NCBI GenBank assembly: GCA_963736115.1
Contig: CAVTNR010000002.1
Location: 46,046 to 110,045, forward strand
Origin: an uncultured bacterium
GTDB taxonomy: Bacteria; Zhuqueibacterota; QNDG01; DTFT01
Direction: 5' to 3'
DNA: 64,000 nt
Shown here one piece after another: positions 1-9,587 of this stretch (the stretch's first letter is position 1; each line of letters begins with the position of its first letter). A program made the position numbers and the translations under genes. Under the pieces are notes generated by a model. It was given only the letters and a program-made list of their open reading frames with translations, ran no database searches and had not been told where the DNA came from.

Positions 1-1
1 A

Positions 2-2350
2 AATCCTGACGATCCGATCAGTCTCAGCAGCGATGCGGTCTGGTGCATTGCGGAGGATGCGTCCGGGATTCTCTGGATCGGGACCGATTTCGGGGGCATC
101 TCCAAGTACGACCGCAGAAAAAACCAGTTCGAATACCACCGGAGCGGATCCGGCACGGCCGGCGGCCGGTACCGGAACGCGGTGAACGCGCTGTACGCCG
201 ATCCGGACGACCGTGGCCGCATTCTCTGGATCGGCACCTGGGGAGGCGGGCTTTGCCGCCTGGACCGCCGGTCCGGAGAGCAGGTCTGCTACAAAAACGA
301 CCCCTATGATCCCGAAAGCATCAGCAATGACGTGATCCGCTGTATCGACAAGGACCGTGACGGCCATCTTTGGATCGGGACGGACGTCGGTCTGAACCGT
401 CTGGATCGCAGAACCGGCCGGTTCGAGCGCTTCTACTGCGATCCGGGCAATCCCAACACCCTTGATTACGACAACATATTCAGCCTCTGCGAGGACAGCC
501 GGGGCAACCTGTGGGTCGGATCGTATTACGGAGGACTGAACCGCTTCGACCGCAAGTCCCGGCGCTTCATCCGGTACCGAACGGGTTCTGCGGATTCCGG
601 CGCGTTCAACGATAATATCGTCTGGAGCATCAAAGAAGACAGGGCCGGCCGAATCTGGATCGGAACCGATGCCGGGGGCTTGAACCGGTTCGACCCCGCG
701 ACCGGGCGGTTTGCCCATTACAAGAGAATTCCGGGCAATCCCAACAGCATCAGCGACAACAAAGTCCTCAGCATCCACGAGGATGCCGCCGGGATTCTCT
801 GGCTGGGCACGCCGGGCGGTCTGAACCGTCTCGACCCCGCGGACGGACAGTGGCGCCGGTACGGCCGGCAGGACGGCCTGGTTTCGGACGCGGTGCAGTC
901 CATCGCCGGGGACCCGGAAGGCTATCTCTGGATCGGCACCACCAAGGGACTGTCGCGCTTCGATCCGAGGAAGAACACATTCGTCAATTTCAACGCGAAC
1001 GACGGACTCCAGGGTGACGAGTTCAGCGTCAATTCCTGCGCGTCGGCCGCCACGGGAGAGATGTTCTTCGGCGGCATCAATGGATTCAATGTGTTTTTCC
1101 CGGGTCGGGTGAAGCTCAACGGATTCATCCCGCCGGTCGTACTGACCGACTTCCAGCTTTTCAACCGGTCCGTTCCCGTCGGGGAGCCGGTCGGCGGCCG
1201 GGTGATCCTGAAGCAGTCCATCATGGAGACCCCGGAGATCTCTCTGTCGCACCGGCAGAATGATTTTTCGATCTACTACGCCGCCCTGTCCTTTTCCGCG
1301 CCGGACCGGAACGCATACCGGGTCCGGCTGGCGGGCATTGAGGATGAGTGGAACCCGGCCGGCCCCAGGCGCTTTGCGACATACACGCGTCTGCCTCCGG
1401 GCAATTACGTCTTTGAGGTGAAGGGCTCCAACAACGACGGCGTCTGGAACGAGAAAGCGATCTCCCTGAAAATCCGGATCCGGCCGCCATTTTGGAAAAC
1501 CGCCTGGTTCATCCTCCTGATGTCGATGACCGGCCTCGGCTTGATGGCCGCGGGTTACATCAACCGCACCGGAAAAATCAAGGCGCGGAACCGGGAACTC
1601 GAATCCCGTGTCCGGGAAAGAACCCGACAGCTCGAGGAGGCCAACCGGGAACTCGAGGCATTCACCTATTCGGTTTCGCACGACCTGCGGTCGCCCCTGC
1701 GCGCCATGGACGGGTTCAGCCAGGCCGTTCTCGACGAATACGGACCCAAACTCGATGAACGGGGTGTGGATTACCTCCGGCGCATCCGGAGGGGAAGCCA
1801 GCAGCTGGGTCGGCTGATCGACGACCTGCTGAAGCTGTCCCGGCTGGCGCGCAGCGAAATGAATTTCAAGGAAATCGATATCGGCCGGCTGGCGGAGACG
1901 ATCGCGACGGATCTGCGTCAGTCGGACCCGTCCCGGAAAGCCGAGTTCGTCATTGCCCGGGACGCAATCGTGCACGTGGACCCGGATCTGCTGAAAGTGA
2001 TGCTTGCCAACCTGCTCGGCAACGCATGGAAGTTCACGTCGAAACGTCCAGACACCCGCATCGAGTTCGGCTTCGATGACGGGGAAGGCGGCCGCGTGTT
2101 CTTCGTCCGGGACAACGGCATCGGCTTGGACATGAAATACGCGGACAAACTGTTCAAGCCGTTCCAGCGCCTGCAGTCGGAGTTCGAAGGAACGGGTATC
2201 GGGCTGTCCACGGTCGCCCGGATCATCCGCCGGCACAACGGCCGCATCTGGGTCGAGGGAAAACCCGATGTGGGCGCCGTCTTCTTTTTCACGCTGGACA
2301 ATCCCGCGCACGCGGAAGACGGAAATCCGGTCCGGCCGCAATCGGATTGA
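2..2350 (+). CDS. Sensor histidine kinase with two-component-regulator beta-propeller repeats, Y_Y_Y-like domain, TM, HisKA and HATPase_c; 5' end truncated by window edge
   Basis: Frame is open from nt 2 (NPDDPISLSSDAVWCIAEDASGILWIGTDFGG...) upstream of the tracked GTG 182. Repeated 'G.LWIGT..GLNR(F/L)D' blades. TM 'WFILLMSMTGLGLMAAGYI'. H-box 'SHDLRSPL'. ATPase boxes 'DNGIGLD' and 'GTGIGLS'. Confidence 0.9.
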   Translation, partial: NPDDPISLSSDAVWCIAEDASGILWIGTDFGGISKYDRRKNQFEYHRSGSGTAGGRYRNAVNALYADPDDRGRILWIGTWGGGLCRLDRRSGEQVCYKNDPYDPESISNDVIRCIDKDRDGHLWIGTDVGLNRLDRRTGRFERFYCDPGNPNTLDYDNIFSLCEDSRGNLWVGSYYGGLNRFDRKSRRFIRYRTGSADSGAFNDNIVWSIKEDRAGRIWIGTDAGGLNRFDPATGRFAHYKRIPGNPNSISDNKVLSIHEDAAGILWLGTPGGLNRLDPADGQWRRYGRQDGLVSDAVQSIAGDPEGYLWIGTTKGLSRFDPRKNTFVNFNANDGLQGDEFSVNSCASAATGEMFFGGINGFNVFFPGRVKLNGFIPPVVLTDFQLFNRSVPVGEPVGGRVILKQSIMETPEISLSHRQNDFSIYYAALSFSAPDRNAYRVRLAGIEDEWNPAGPRRFATYTRLPPGNYVFEVKGSNNDGVWNEKAISLKIRIRPPFWKTAWFILLMSMTGLGLMAAGYINRTGKIKARNRELESRVRERTRQLEEANRELEAFTYSVSHDLRSPLRAMDGFSQAVLDEYGPKLDERGVDYLRRIRRGSQQLGRLIDDLLKLSRLARSEMNFKEIDIGRLAETIATDLRQSDPSRKAEFVIARDAIVHVDPDLLKVMLANLLGNAWKFTSKRPDTRIEFGFDDGEGGRVFFVRDNGIGLDMKYADKLFKPFQRLQSEFEGTGIGLSTVARIIRRHNGRIWVEGKPDVGAVFFFTLDNPAHAEDGNPVRPQSD

Positions 2351-2552
2351 AGCTCCCCGCCGTCCCGCTGCGCGGGATCAAGCTATTATATTAATAAACG
2401 ATTGTAGACAAGCGGCGGGTCTTCAATAGTGAACAAGTCAAATAACTTGGTGCCGCTTTGCGGCGAATCTTCTATCTGTAGTGAAGAAAATATATTATAT
2501 TCGCTCGCTTACCCCGCCGCAAACGGCGGGGAATGCGCGAGCGATCAGATTC
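2345..2552. repeat. Mosaic cluster of GC-rich hairpin repeats (family A)
   Basis: Modules GATTGAAGCTCCCCGCCGTCCCGCTGCGCGGGATCAAGC, GATTGTAGACAAGCGGCGGGTCTTCAAT, GAATCTTCTATCTGTAGTGAAGAAA and ...GGCGGGGAATGCGCGAGCGATCAGATTC. The same modules recur at 59817-60069, inverted at 37907-38049 and abbreviated at 53846-53905. The kinase stop TGA (2348-2350) lies inside the first module. Confidence 0.8.
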
Positions 2553-2689
2553 CGGCGTCGCGCGGTGACAACGACGAATTCTGGTTGCCGGCGCCGTCCG
2601 CTGTGGGAATGACCGGTCGTACGCCTCTTTAATGGTTCACCTCCCCAACCCTGAACGCCCGCCGGATTCCGGCGGATCAAGGAGCCTGC

Positions 2690-4948
2690 ATGCATAAAGA
2701 AAGCGCGCTCATCCGGATCCTTCTGCCGATCCTCATTCTTTCCGCGGTTCCAGCCGGACTTACATCCGAGGCGTTCAAGCGCGAACTCACCCTTGAGCGG
2801 GAAACGGGTCGGCGGATCCGGCGCATCCCCGCGTCCTTCCTGCTCCTGGAGCGCGAACGCGCCCTCATCGAGGGACTACGCCTTCATCCGGAATGGAGAA
2901 TCAGCGCTCCGCTTCGCAAGACCGCCTGGTCCTTCTCCGTGGGGTCCACGAGGGGGTGGTACGCCTATGATTTCGTGACCGAAAAGGATTACGTCGTGCC
3001 CTCGACCTGCCGCGCCGTGGGCGATAACTGTTATGTCTTCGTGGAGAACGCCATCTGGGGAACCCGGGTCACCCAGGCATCCGTGGATTCGATCCGGAAC
3101 GTCTTCGATCTGCGGACTCCGGCCGATCCGAACCGGGGCGTCTACCGGATGGACATCGACATCTTCGGATCCGTTCCGAACGTGGACGGCGATTCCCGCG
3201 TCATCATCCTGATTCTGGACATCCGGGATGATTTCACAACGACGGGCGGATACGTCGGGGGGTATTTCGACTCCACCAACGAATACGACATCTCGACCAG
3301 CAACCGCGCGGAAATGATCTACCTGGACGCCGACCCCGTGAACCTGTCCTCCGAAGACGACATCCGGGAATCCATGAGCATCACGGCGCACGAATTCCAG
3401 CACATGATACACTGGCATCAGGATGACAGCGAAATCACGTTCGTCAAGGAGGCCTGTTCTCTCGAGGCCGAGGTTCTCTGCGGTTACCCCATCTACGACC
3501 AGGATCATTACATCAACGAAACAAACACCACGCTCCTGGGCTGGCGGTACGGAGAGGACGGCGTGCATGGAGATTATTCGCGCGCCGCGCGCTTCATGGC
3601 GTATATCGGCGAGCAGGCGGGGACAGGCGTTTTCCGTCCCATGGTCACCAGCGCCAAGACCGGCATCGCCGGGATCAACGCCGGCCTGACCGCGATCTCG
3701 CTCGGCCGGGATTTCAACACGCTTTTCCGGGACTGGCTCGTGGCCAATATTCTGAACGATCGGTCCTTCGATCCCCGGTACGGATACGCGGATCCGGGGC
3801 TCATGAAACCCGTTCCGATCGTATATCCGTTCTCAGCCGTGACGGATGCGCAGACCGTCGAGCCCCTCGCGGCTGTTTACCTCCGTTTCCCGATAGGTTC
3901 CGGATTCCGCATCCGTTTCGAAACCGACAACCCGAATCTGCTGATCAAGGCGGTCGAAACCGGAGAGGCAGGGCCCCGCGTGATCGACATCACGCCCGGG
4001 GTCGAGTACGGAGAGCCCGCGCTCGACCCCGCGGCCGGCGAAAGGACGTTCATCTGCATGAACACCCATCTGACCCAGCAGTGCGTCGTATCCTACACCA
4101 CCAACGGATCCGCGTCCGGAGCCGCGGAACTGAAATGGGACATGACCGAGCCTTCGGGCTATCTGACGCTTTCCATCCGCGATACGGTCTGCGTGACCTT
4201 CGACGCGATTCCCGGCGCGAAACTGGATTCCGTGCGCGTGGCACTGAGACGCGCGGGTACGATCACGGGAGGCGTCTGGCGCCACACCGGCGTGACCCGT
4301 CCCACCCCGCTCGGCGAACCCCTGGCTTTCCCCGTAACCGCGTCCATCGCCACCGAGACTCCCGTGCCCTACCCGGTTCCCTATGAAAACTGGGCGACCA
4401 TTGACCTGACGGCGCACAACATCGACGCGGGGTCGCCTTTCGCCGTGGCCTTCATCTACCAGGGCGCCGGAACCGTGGGCCAGCGGGTCATGATCACAGA
4501 GCAGAAGAGAACGGGATCGGACCACAGCCTGACCTGGATGAACGACCCCGGAGGGACCAGTTCTCCGAACTGGTATTCCGTGGGGCCGCATCAGGACTCG
4601 GTTTTCGTCTACCTGGTCCGTGCCTATGTGAGCATGACCTCCGGCACGGACGGCCCTGCCGAACCGCCGGCCGCGTTCGCTTTGTCTCCGAACTATCCCA
4701 ATCCTTTCAATCCGTCGACCCGCTTCTCTTTCAGGTTGGCTGTTCCATCCCGTGTTTCAGCGGACGTCTGGAATCTGACGGGACAACGCGTGGCCTCTCT
4801 CGCGGACAGGACCTTTCCGGCCGGGGAGCACGCGCTTGAATGGGACGGCAGGACAAACCAGGGCGTACCCGCGCCGTCCGGTGTGTATCTGATCCGTCTG
4901 CAGGCGGGAGGCAACGCGACGGTCCGGAAAATGGTACTGGAGCGGTAG
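2690..4948 (+). CDS. Secreted zinc metalloprotease-like protein (HEFQH motif, hyicolysin/M30-like) with C-terminal T9SS-type sorting domain
   Basis: AAGGAG 5 nt upstream of ATG 2690. Signal peptide 'LLPILILSAVPAG'. HExxH 'HEFQHMIHW'. C-terminus 'NYPNPFNPSTRFSF...GVYLIRLQAG...KMVLER'. Confidence 0.85.
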   Translation: MHKESALIRILLPILILSAVPAGLTSEAFKRELTLERETGRRIRRIPASFLLLERERALIEGLRLHPEWRISAPLRKTAWSFSVGSTRGWYAYDFVTEKDYVVPSTCRAVGDNCYVFVENAIWGTRVTQASVDSIRNVFDLRTPADPNRGVYRMDIDIFGSVPNVDGDSRVIILILDIRDDFTTTGGYVGGYFDSTNEYDISTSNRAEMIYLDADPVNLSSEDDIRESMSITAHEFQHMIHWHQDDSEITFVKEACSLEAEVLCGYPIYDQDHYINETNTTLLGWRYGEDGVHGDYSRAARFMAYIGEQAGTGVFRPMVTSAKTGIAGINAGLTAISLGRDFNTLFRDWLVANILNDRSFDPRYGYADPGLMKPVPIVYPFSAVTDAQTVEPLAAVYLRFPIGSGFRIRFETDNPNLLIKAVETGEAGPRVIDITPGVEYGEPALDPAAGERTFICMNTHLTQQCVVSYTTNGSASGAAELKWDMTEPSGYLTLSIRDTVCVTFDAIPGAKLDSVRVALRRAGTITGGVWRHTGVTRPTPLGEPLAFPVTASIATETPVPYPVPYENWATIDLTAHNIDAGSPFAVAFIYQGAGTVGQRVMITEQKRTGSDHSLTWMNDPGGTSSPNWYSVGPHQDSVFVYLVRAYVSMTSGTDGPAEPPAAFALSPNYPNPFNPSTRFSFRLAVPSRVSADVWNLTGQRVASLADRTFPAGEHALEWDGRTNQGVPAPSGVYLIRLQAGGNATVRKMVLER

Positions 4949-5118
4949 AACGAATGTCATGCCGGCAAGCTTCGGTCGTGGATTTCACTTGACTGGACGG
5001 TTTTTTCGGGTAACTTGATCAAGGCGATTGAAACGGCGTGATCGAATCGCGCGCTGACAAGGCAAGCCATGGCGGGGGGAATCCGCCCATCTCACGAACG
5101 AACCTGGAGAAAATCCGC

Positions 5119-6486
5119 ATGAACTGGCACAGGAAAACTCTGAAAACGAATACCGTGTGGTTTTTCATAGGCGCCGCGATCTTTCTGATCGTATACGCGC
5201 GCTCCGGAAAGGCTCTGGCCTTCAACAACAACAACGGCCGCAACCTGCCTTTTTGCGACACAACGATGACTCCCTCGTGGGACCCGCCCGGGGTATGGTA
5301 TGAATGGTGCGGCCGCAGATGGTTCGTGCCCGACAACAGCCCCGGAAAAGCCGGCAGGACGTTTTATCAGAAAAAAGAACGGAAGGAACGTCTGGAAAGG
5401 GCGTATCGGGAAGCCGTCACGGCCATGATTCGGAAAGCGGCCCTGCACCGGACCGCAAAGGCGAACCGTCCGGCGGATTCAGATATCGAGATCACCTATG
5501 AGGACATGCAGACGGCCTACGCCCTTGGTTCGGACTTCATCGAATCCTATGCCTTTCCTGAAAATGTCCTGATGGACATGGGAATCGAAGATCCGGAGTT
5601 CACGGCCCCGCAGCACTGGATCCTCCCGGCGGGCCTGGACTTTTCGACCACGCTGACGCGGAAGATCATGGATCCCGAAGACACCCCGGACACGGAAGCA
5701 TCGCTCGAAGCCACGCATTGCCTCTATGCCAAGTCCCCGAATCAGGGCATCGAACTGTACGAATACTTCCTGCTGGACGAGGACGGTCTCTGGCTGATGG
5801 GCCAGGCAATGGAAGACCTGGATTTCTTCGACTACACCGACGACGAGATCATGACCCTTCCGCTGGATTATTACACCGATTATCAGTCCGGATCCGGGGA
5901 GCTGGAAAACTGGCAGGCGGACGGGGACACGACCTGGTACGGCGACGACAATTACCAGGTGGACGCCTGGTATTACTGGTCCGAGGCATACGGCACCATC
6001 GAGACTCCGGATGACGGTCCGATTGAAGTCATCAAGATCGCTTATCAGTGGATATGGTCCGATTGGGCGGTCAACGAGGAGTCAGCGGACGGCGAGGACA
6101 CTCTCCTGGATTTCGACAACGGCACGGAGATCTATTTTTACAGCAAGGACGGGCATCAGATCATGATTTCCATCGATTCTCTCGGAGTGGAGACCTCCGG
6201 CCTGGTGAAGCCGGATGCCGTGTATTATCAGAAAGTCCGGAATCCGGGCTCCTCGGTGGAGAAGGAACGCTCCGTGGTACACCCCGGGTTCCGGGTTTAC
6301 CCGAATCCGACCGGAGGCATGATTCATTTCGACCAGCCCGCCAGCTTCACGCTGTACGACGTGCTCGGCCGGCGGGTTCTGTCGGGGAAAAATGCCGACC
6401 GGGCGGATCTGTCCGGCCTGCCCAGAGGCCTGTATTTCATCAAACCCCTGAAGGGCGCGGCTCAGAAAGTGTTCGTCCAGAAATAG
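5119..6486 (+). CDS. Hypothetical secreted acidic Trp/Tyr-rich protein with T9SS-type C-terminal sorting domain
   Basis: ATG 5119 is preceded by GGAGA; the tracked start 5038 has no RBS. N-terminal TM/signal 'VWFFIGAAIFLIVYA'. C-terminus 'VYPNPTGGMIHF...LPRGLYFIKPLKG..QKVFVQK'. Confidence 0.75.
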   Translation: MNWHRKTLKTNTVWFFIGAAIFLIVYARSGKALAFNNNNGRNLPFCDTTMTPSWDPPGVWYEWCGRRWFVPDNSPGKAGRTFYQKKERKERLERAYREAVTAMIRKAALHRTAKANRPADSDIEITYEDMQTAYALGSDFIESYAFPENVLMDMGIEDPEFTAPQHWILPAGLDFSTTLTRKIMDPEDTPDTEASLEATHCLYAKSPNQGIELYEYFLLDEDGLWLMGQAMEDLDFFDYTDDEIMTLPLDYYTDYQSGSGELENWQADGDTTWYGDDNYQVDAWYYWSEAYGTIETPDDGPIEVIKIAYQWIWSDWAVNEESADGEDTLLDFDNGTEIYFYSKDGHQIMISIDSLGVETSGLVKPDAVYYQKVRNPGSSVEKERSVVHPGFRVYPNPTGGMIHFDQPASFTLYDVLGRRVLSGKNADRADLSGLPRGLYFIKPLKGAAQKVFVQK

Positions 6487-6515
6487 AAACGGCCCTTCAT
6501 CCGTAACCGGATTGG

Positions 6516-6549
6516 CAAGCCCCGTTTTTCTCTGCGGGGCTTGTTATTT
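6516..6549 (+). terminator. Stem-loop terminator candidate after the T9SS-cargo gene
   Basis: CAAGCCCCG (6516-6524) pairs with CGGGGCTTG (6535-6543) across a 10-nt loop, followed by the T-rich TTATTTA. Confidence 0.6.
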
Positions 6550-6567
6550 ATAAAGAGGCGGGATCAA

Positions 6568-8127
6568 TTGAAAATTCATCCATTTCCCTGGTGGATCGCG
6601 GGCGCCGTTTTGTACGGCATATCCTGGCCCATGCCATGGGATGCGAATCTGTCCTTTCTGGCGTGGTTTGCCCTCGTTTTCCTCCTCATCTCCCTTGAAA
6701 AAGCGAAAGGATTCTGGCGGTTTGCGGGAATCACATGGGGATTCACCTTCATCTCTTATACGATCTGTTCCGGCTGGTTCCTGGACATTCCCACCAACAA
6801 GATACTCATCGGCATCGGAGCCCTGACCGAATCCTTCGGCTTCCCTCTGCCGTTCATCCCTTTTTATTTCATACAAAAGAGGATCGGTTTCAGACGATCC
6901 GTGTTCATCCTGCCTTTCCTGTTTGTGCTCGGGGAATGGGCATACTGTTCGATGGAGCACAATCTCAGCTACCTGCTGGTGGCCCATTCCCAGACGGCGA
7001 ATTGGCGGCTGATTCAATACGCGGATTTGTTCGGGTTCCTGTCCGTCACGTTCTGGGTCGTCCTGTTCAATGTCCTGCTCTATTCCGCCCTGGACCGATC
7101 GGATTTCCGCCCGCTCTCCGCGTCCTTTCTAAAACGGGCGGTCCCCTCCATCGCCATGATGGTCTGTGTGCCCCTGGCCTATGCCGCGCTTCAAAACCAT
7201 CGGCTCCGGGACCTGTCGACGGACCGGATGAAAATCACGATGATTCAAACGCGGTTCGCCCCGAAGCCGGAAGACGAACAGGCGGCGAAAAACCTGGACC
7301 GGACCGTCGAATTGACGGACTCCGTCGATTACACTCTCAAAGAGGGCGGGCTGAGCCACGACCTGGTGGTCTGGCATGAAGGCGCCATTCCGATGGGCAA
7401 CAAGCCCGAGATCCGGCGTTTCGTCCAGGGTGCCGTCAATGACTGGCAAATACCCCTGCTGTCCGGGATCGAATTCTACGAGCGGTTTGAAAACACAACA
7501 CACAGACAGCCCGTCAATCGCGTGGTTCTGTTCGTCCCGAATCCGGATTCGACGGACCGGCCCCAGTATTACGACAAGATCAGTCTCGCGCCGGGATGGG
7601 AGAGCATCCCGTATCTGTCTATATTTCACAAAGCGGGGATCCGGTTCAGGAACGAGCACACGTTCCATAAAAAAGGGGATCGGGTCCGGGTGTTCGACGT
7701 TCCCGGCCGAATCCGGCCTTTCACGATCGGCACGCCGATCTGTTTCGAGCAAAATGCCCCCTGGCTCTGGAACCGCATGGCCCGGCTTGGCGCGGAGGGC
7801 TTTGTTCAGGTGTCATTCGAGAGCTGGTTCGGCAGAACGTATTTCCAGAAACAGGTCGCTTTCATCACCCGGCTCCGGGCGATCGAGACCCGGCACAGTG
7901 TGGCGCGGTGTTCCAACGGAGGGCTTACGTTTTTCGTGGATCCCTTCGGCAGGATTTATTCCCCGGCGCGCGGTTCGGAATCTTCAACCACGGATTTTCT
8001 CCCGCTCACCCGGACGGTCACCTTCTATTCGCGGCATCCCGTCCTCTTTCCTCTGATCTGCGCGATCGTTTCCGCCGCATTCTTCGTCTATGCCCTGTTC
8101 CGGCCCCGCCGGCCCGTCGTATCGTGA
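6568..8127 (+). CDS. lnt: Apolipoprotein N-acyltransferase
   Basis: Multi-TM N-terminus. CN-hydrolase triad contexts 'VVWHEGAIP', 'YDKISLAPGWE', 'TPICFEQN'. TTG 6568 has AGAGG 9 nt upstream. The tracked alternative start TTG 6541 lies inside the hairpin at 6516-6543. Confidence 0.85.
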   Translation: MKIHPFPWWIAGAVLYGISWPMPWDANLSFLAWFALVFLLISLEKAKGFWRFAGITWGFTFISYTICSGWFLDIPTNKILIGIGALTESFGFPLPFIPFYFIQKRIGFRRSVFILPFLFVLGEWAYCSMEHNLSYLLVAHSQTANWRLIQYADLFGFLSVTFWVVLFNVLLYSALDRSDFRPLSASFLKRAVPSIAMMVCVPLAYAALQNHRLRDLSTDRMKITMIQTRFAPKPEDEQAAKNLDRTVELTDSVDYTLKEGGLSHDLVVWHEGAIPMGNKPEIRRFVQGAVNDWQIPLLSGIEFYERFENTTHRQPVNRVVLFVPNPDSTDRPQYYDKISLAPGWESIPYLSIFHKAGIRFRNEHTFHKKGDRVRVFDVPGRIRPFTIGTPICFEQNAPWLWNRMARLGAEGFVQVSFESWFGRTYFQKQVAFITRLRAIETRHSVARCSNGGLTFFVDPFGRIYSPARGSESSTTDFLPLTRTVTFYSRHPVLFPLICAIVSAAFFVYALFRPRRPVVS

Positions 8128-8174
8128 CGTCGAACCGGAACGGGGGTTCGGCCCGACATATTGAAATTCAACAA

Positions 8175-8212
8175 CAGTGGCTCCGGGGAAGAAATCCCGG
8201 AGCCGCTGTTTT
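8175..8212 (+). terminator. Rho-independent terminator between convergent lnt and serpin genes
   Basis: 13-bp stem CAGTGGCTCCGGG / CCCGGAGCCGCTG (one G-U pair), 8-nt loop, then TTTT. Confidence 0.7.
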
Positions 8213-8256
8213 GCCCTATCCTGGCCGCGAGAAGAACCTCCCCCCAGCCGGGGCAC

Positions 8257-9489
8257 TCACTGCGGGATGGTTTCGATTCTCCCCATGAACAGCATCGTCC
8301 CGGACGTCTTCTCGTAAATCGCGAAAGCGAAGGGCCGGTCGAAGCGGATCACGCTTTCGTCCGGTCCGGCCGAAGTCTCCCGTATTTCCACGACTGTCAC
8401 GGCCGCGGCCTCCGTTCCTTTCTCGTCCACCTCGACGAAGGATTTGTGATAAACATCGCTGATGTATGGCCCCAGGCTTCCCGTGATCCGGCTGAAATCC
8501 GCGCCGCCGCCGAAAGCGACGCTCATACCCAGCGCCTTCAGTGCGTCGCTCAGGGTGATTTTGTATTCGACCTTGAATTTCGGCAAGTATAGATCCATTT
8601 CACCTTTCACGAAACTCCCCTTCCAGCCCCGCCAGGCCGCTTCCGTCCAGCCTGAGATGAACGCGTCCATGGAGGTTCCCTCCTCGGGCAGAAACAGTGC
8701 CATGGCGTATTGTCCGTTGCCATAGGCCAGTTCCACGGCCCGGAAAGCCGGCGTCCGGAAATACCCGATCTCCGCCTTCTGCGACATCATCCGGCAGGAC
8801 AAGGCGGACCCGCCGTCGGGATGGAAAAAATCATCCCGCGTGGTTTTCGGATCAAATGCGTACACCCAGGTTCCCTTGAAATACACCGCATTGATCAGAA
8901 ACATCACCGTCAGCGGATCAATTTCCTCGATCATTCGGTCGATACGGCCGTGCGTGTTGTCTGAAATCCATCCGTTGATGACGTCCGGCGCAGCCGGATC
9001 GGAGAAATCCATCTCCCTGACCGCGGCGTCGAAATACCGCCGGTTCATGTCGATGAAAGACGGTTGAACCGGATACCCGAGCCTGTACCAGATGGAATTC
9101 GCAATTTCCATGACCGTTTCAGGATCCGCCGCTGGCAGAAAGTCGAGAAGACCCCGGTAGGAGGCGTTGATCTCGTCCTGGGTCATGGTCCCGAAGCCCA
9201 GCATCGTCCGCATGTCCGCCTCCGTGCGGCCCGCGGCGCCGTTCAGCGTCATCCCCAGGGCCATCGAAACGGAGAACGGGGAGACGAATACATTCTTCAC
9301 ACCCTCCTCCCGGCACACTTCCGCGAACAGGTTGAAGCCGAAAGCATTGGAGGCCTCGGACACACGCTTTTCCTGAGCGGTCAATTCCCGGACCGGCCGC
9401 GGATCCGCGTTCTGTATCGTGGACAGGTCGCGGTCACAGGAAACAGCCGCCAGAACCGCGGCTGCGGCGAGAAAAGAGAATTTCTTCAT
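8257..9489 (-). CDS. Serpin family protein, predicted lipoprotein
   Basis: ATG 9489 is preceded by AAGGAGG. Lipobox-like 'LAAAAVLAAVSC'. 'NVFVSPFSVSMALGMTLNGA'. Inhibitory-type hinge 'EKGTEAAAVT'. C-terminal 'FDRPFAFAIYEKTSGTMLFMGR'. Confidence 0.9.
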   Translation of the reverse strand: MKKFSFLAAAAVLAAVSCDRDLSTIQNADPRPVRELTAQEKRVSEASNAFGFNLFAEVCREEGVKNVFVSPFSVSMALGMTLNGAAGRTEADMRTMLGFGTMTQDEINASYRGLLDFLPAADPETVMEIANSIWYRLGYPVQPSFIDMNRRYFDAAVREMDFSDPAAPDVINGWISDNTHGRIDRMIEEIDPLTVMFLINAVYFKGTWVYAFDPKTTRDDFFHPDGGSALSCRMMSQKAEIGYFRTPAFRAVELAYGNGQYAMALFLPEEGTSMDAFISGWTEAAWRGWKGSFVKGEMDLYLPKFKVEYKITLSDALKALGMSVAFGGGADFSRITGSLGPYISDVYHKSFVEVDEKGTEAAAVTVVEIRETSAGPDESVIRFDRPFAFAIYEKTSGTMLFMGRIETIPQ

Positions 9490-9587
9490 TCCGCACTCCT
9501 CCTTCATTGCGCCGGATGGCTGGTCAACCAATCCGGAGACCGAGGATACAAATGAATTGTCCTATCACTGCGTCCAACCGATCCATA

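Noticed and set aside
2448-2466. Sigma54-like TGGTGC...TTGC inside the family A cluster.
   Set aside because: The spacer is 4 nt instead of 5, so the GG/GC spacing is wrong. The motif is also part of a repeat hairpin.
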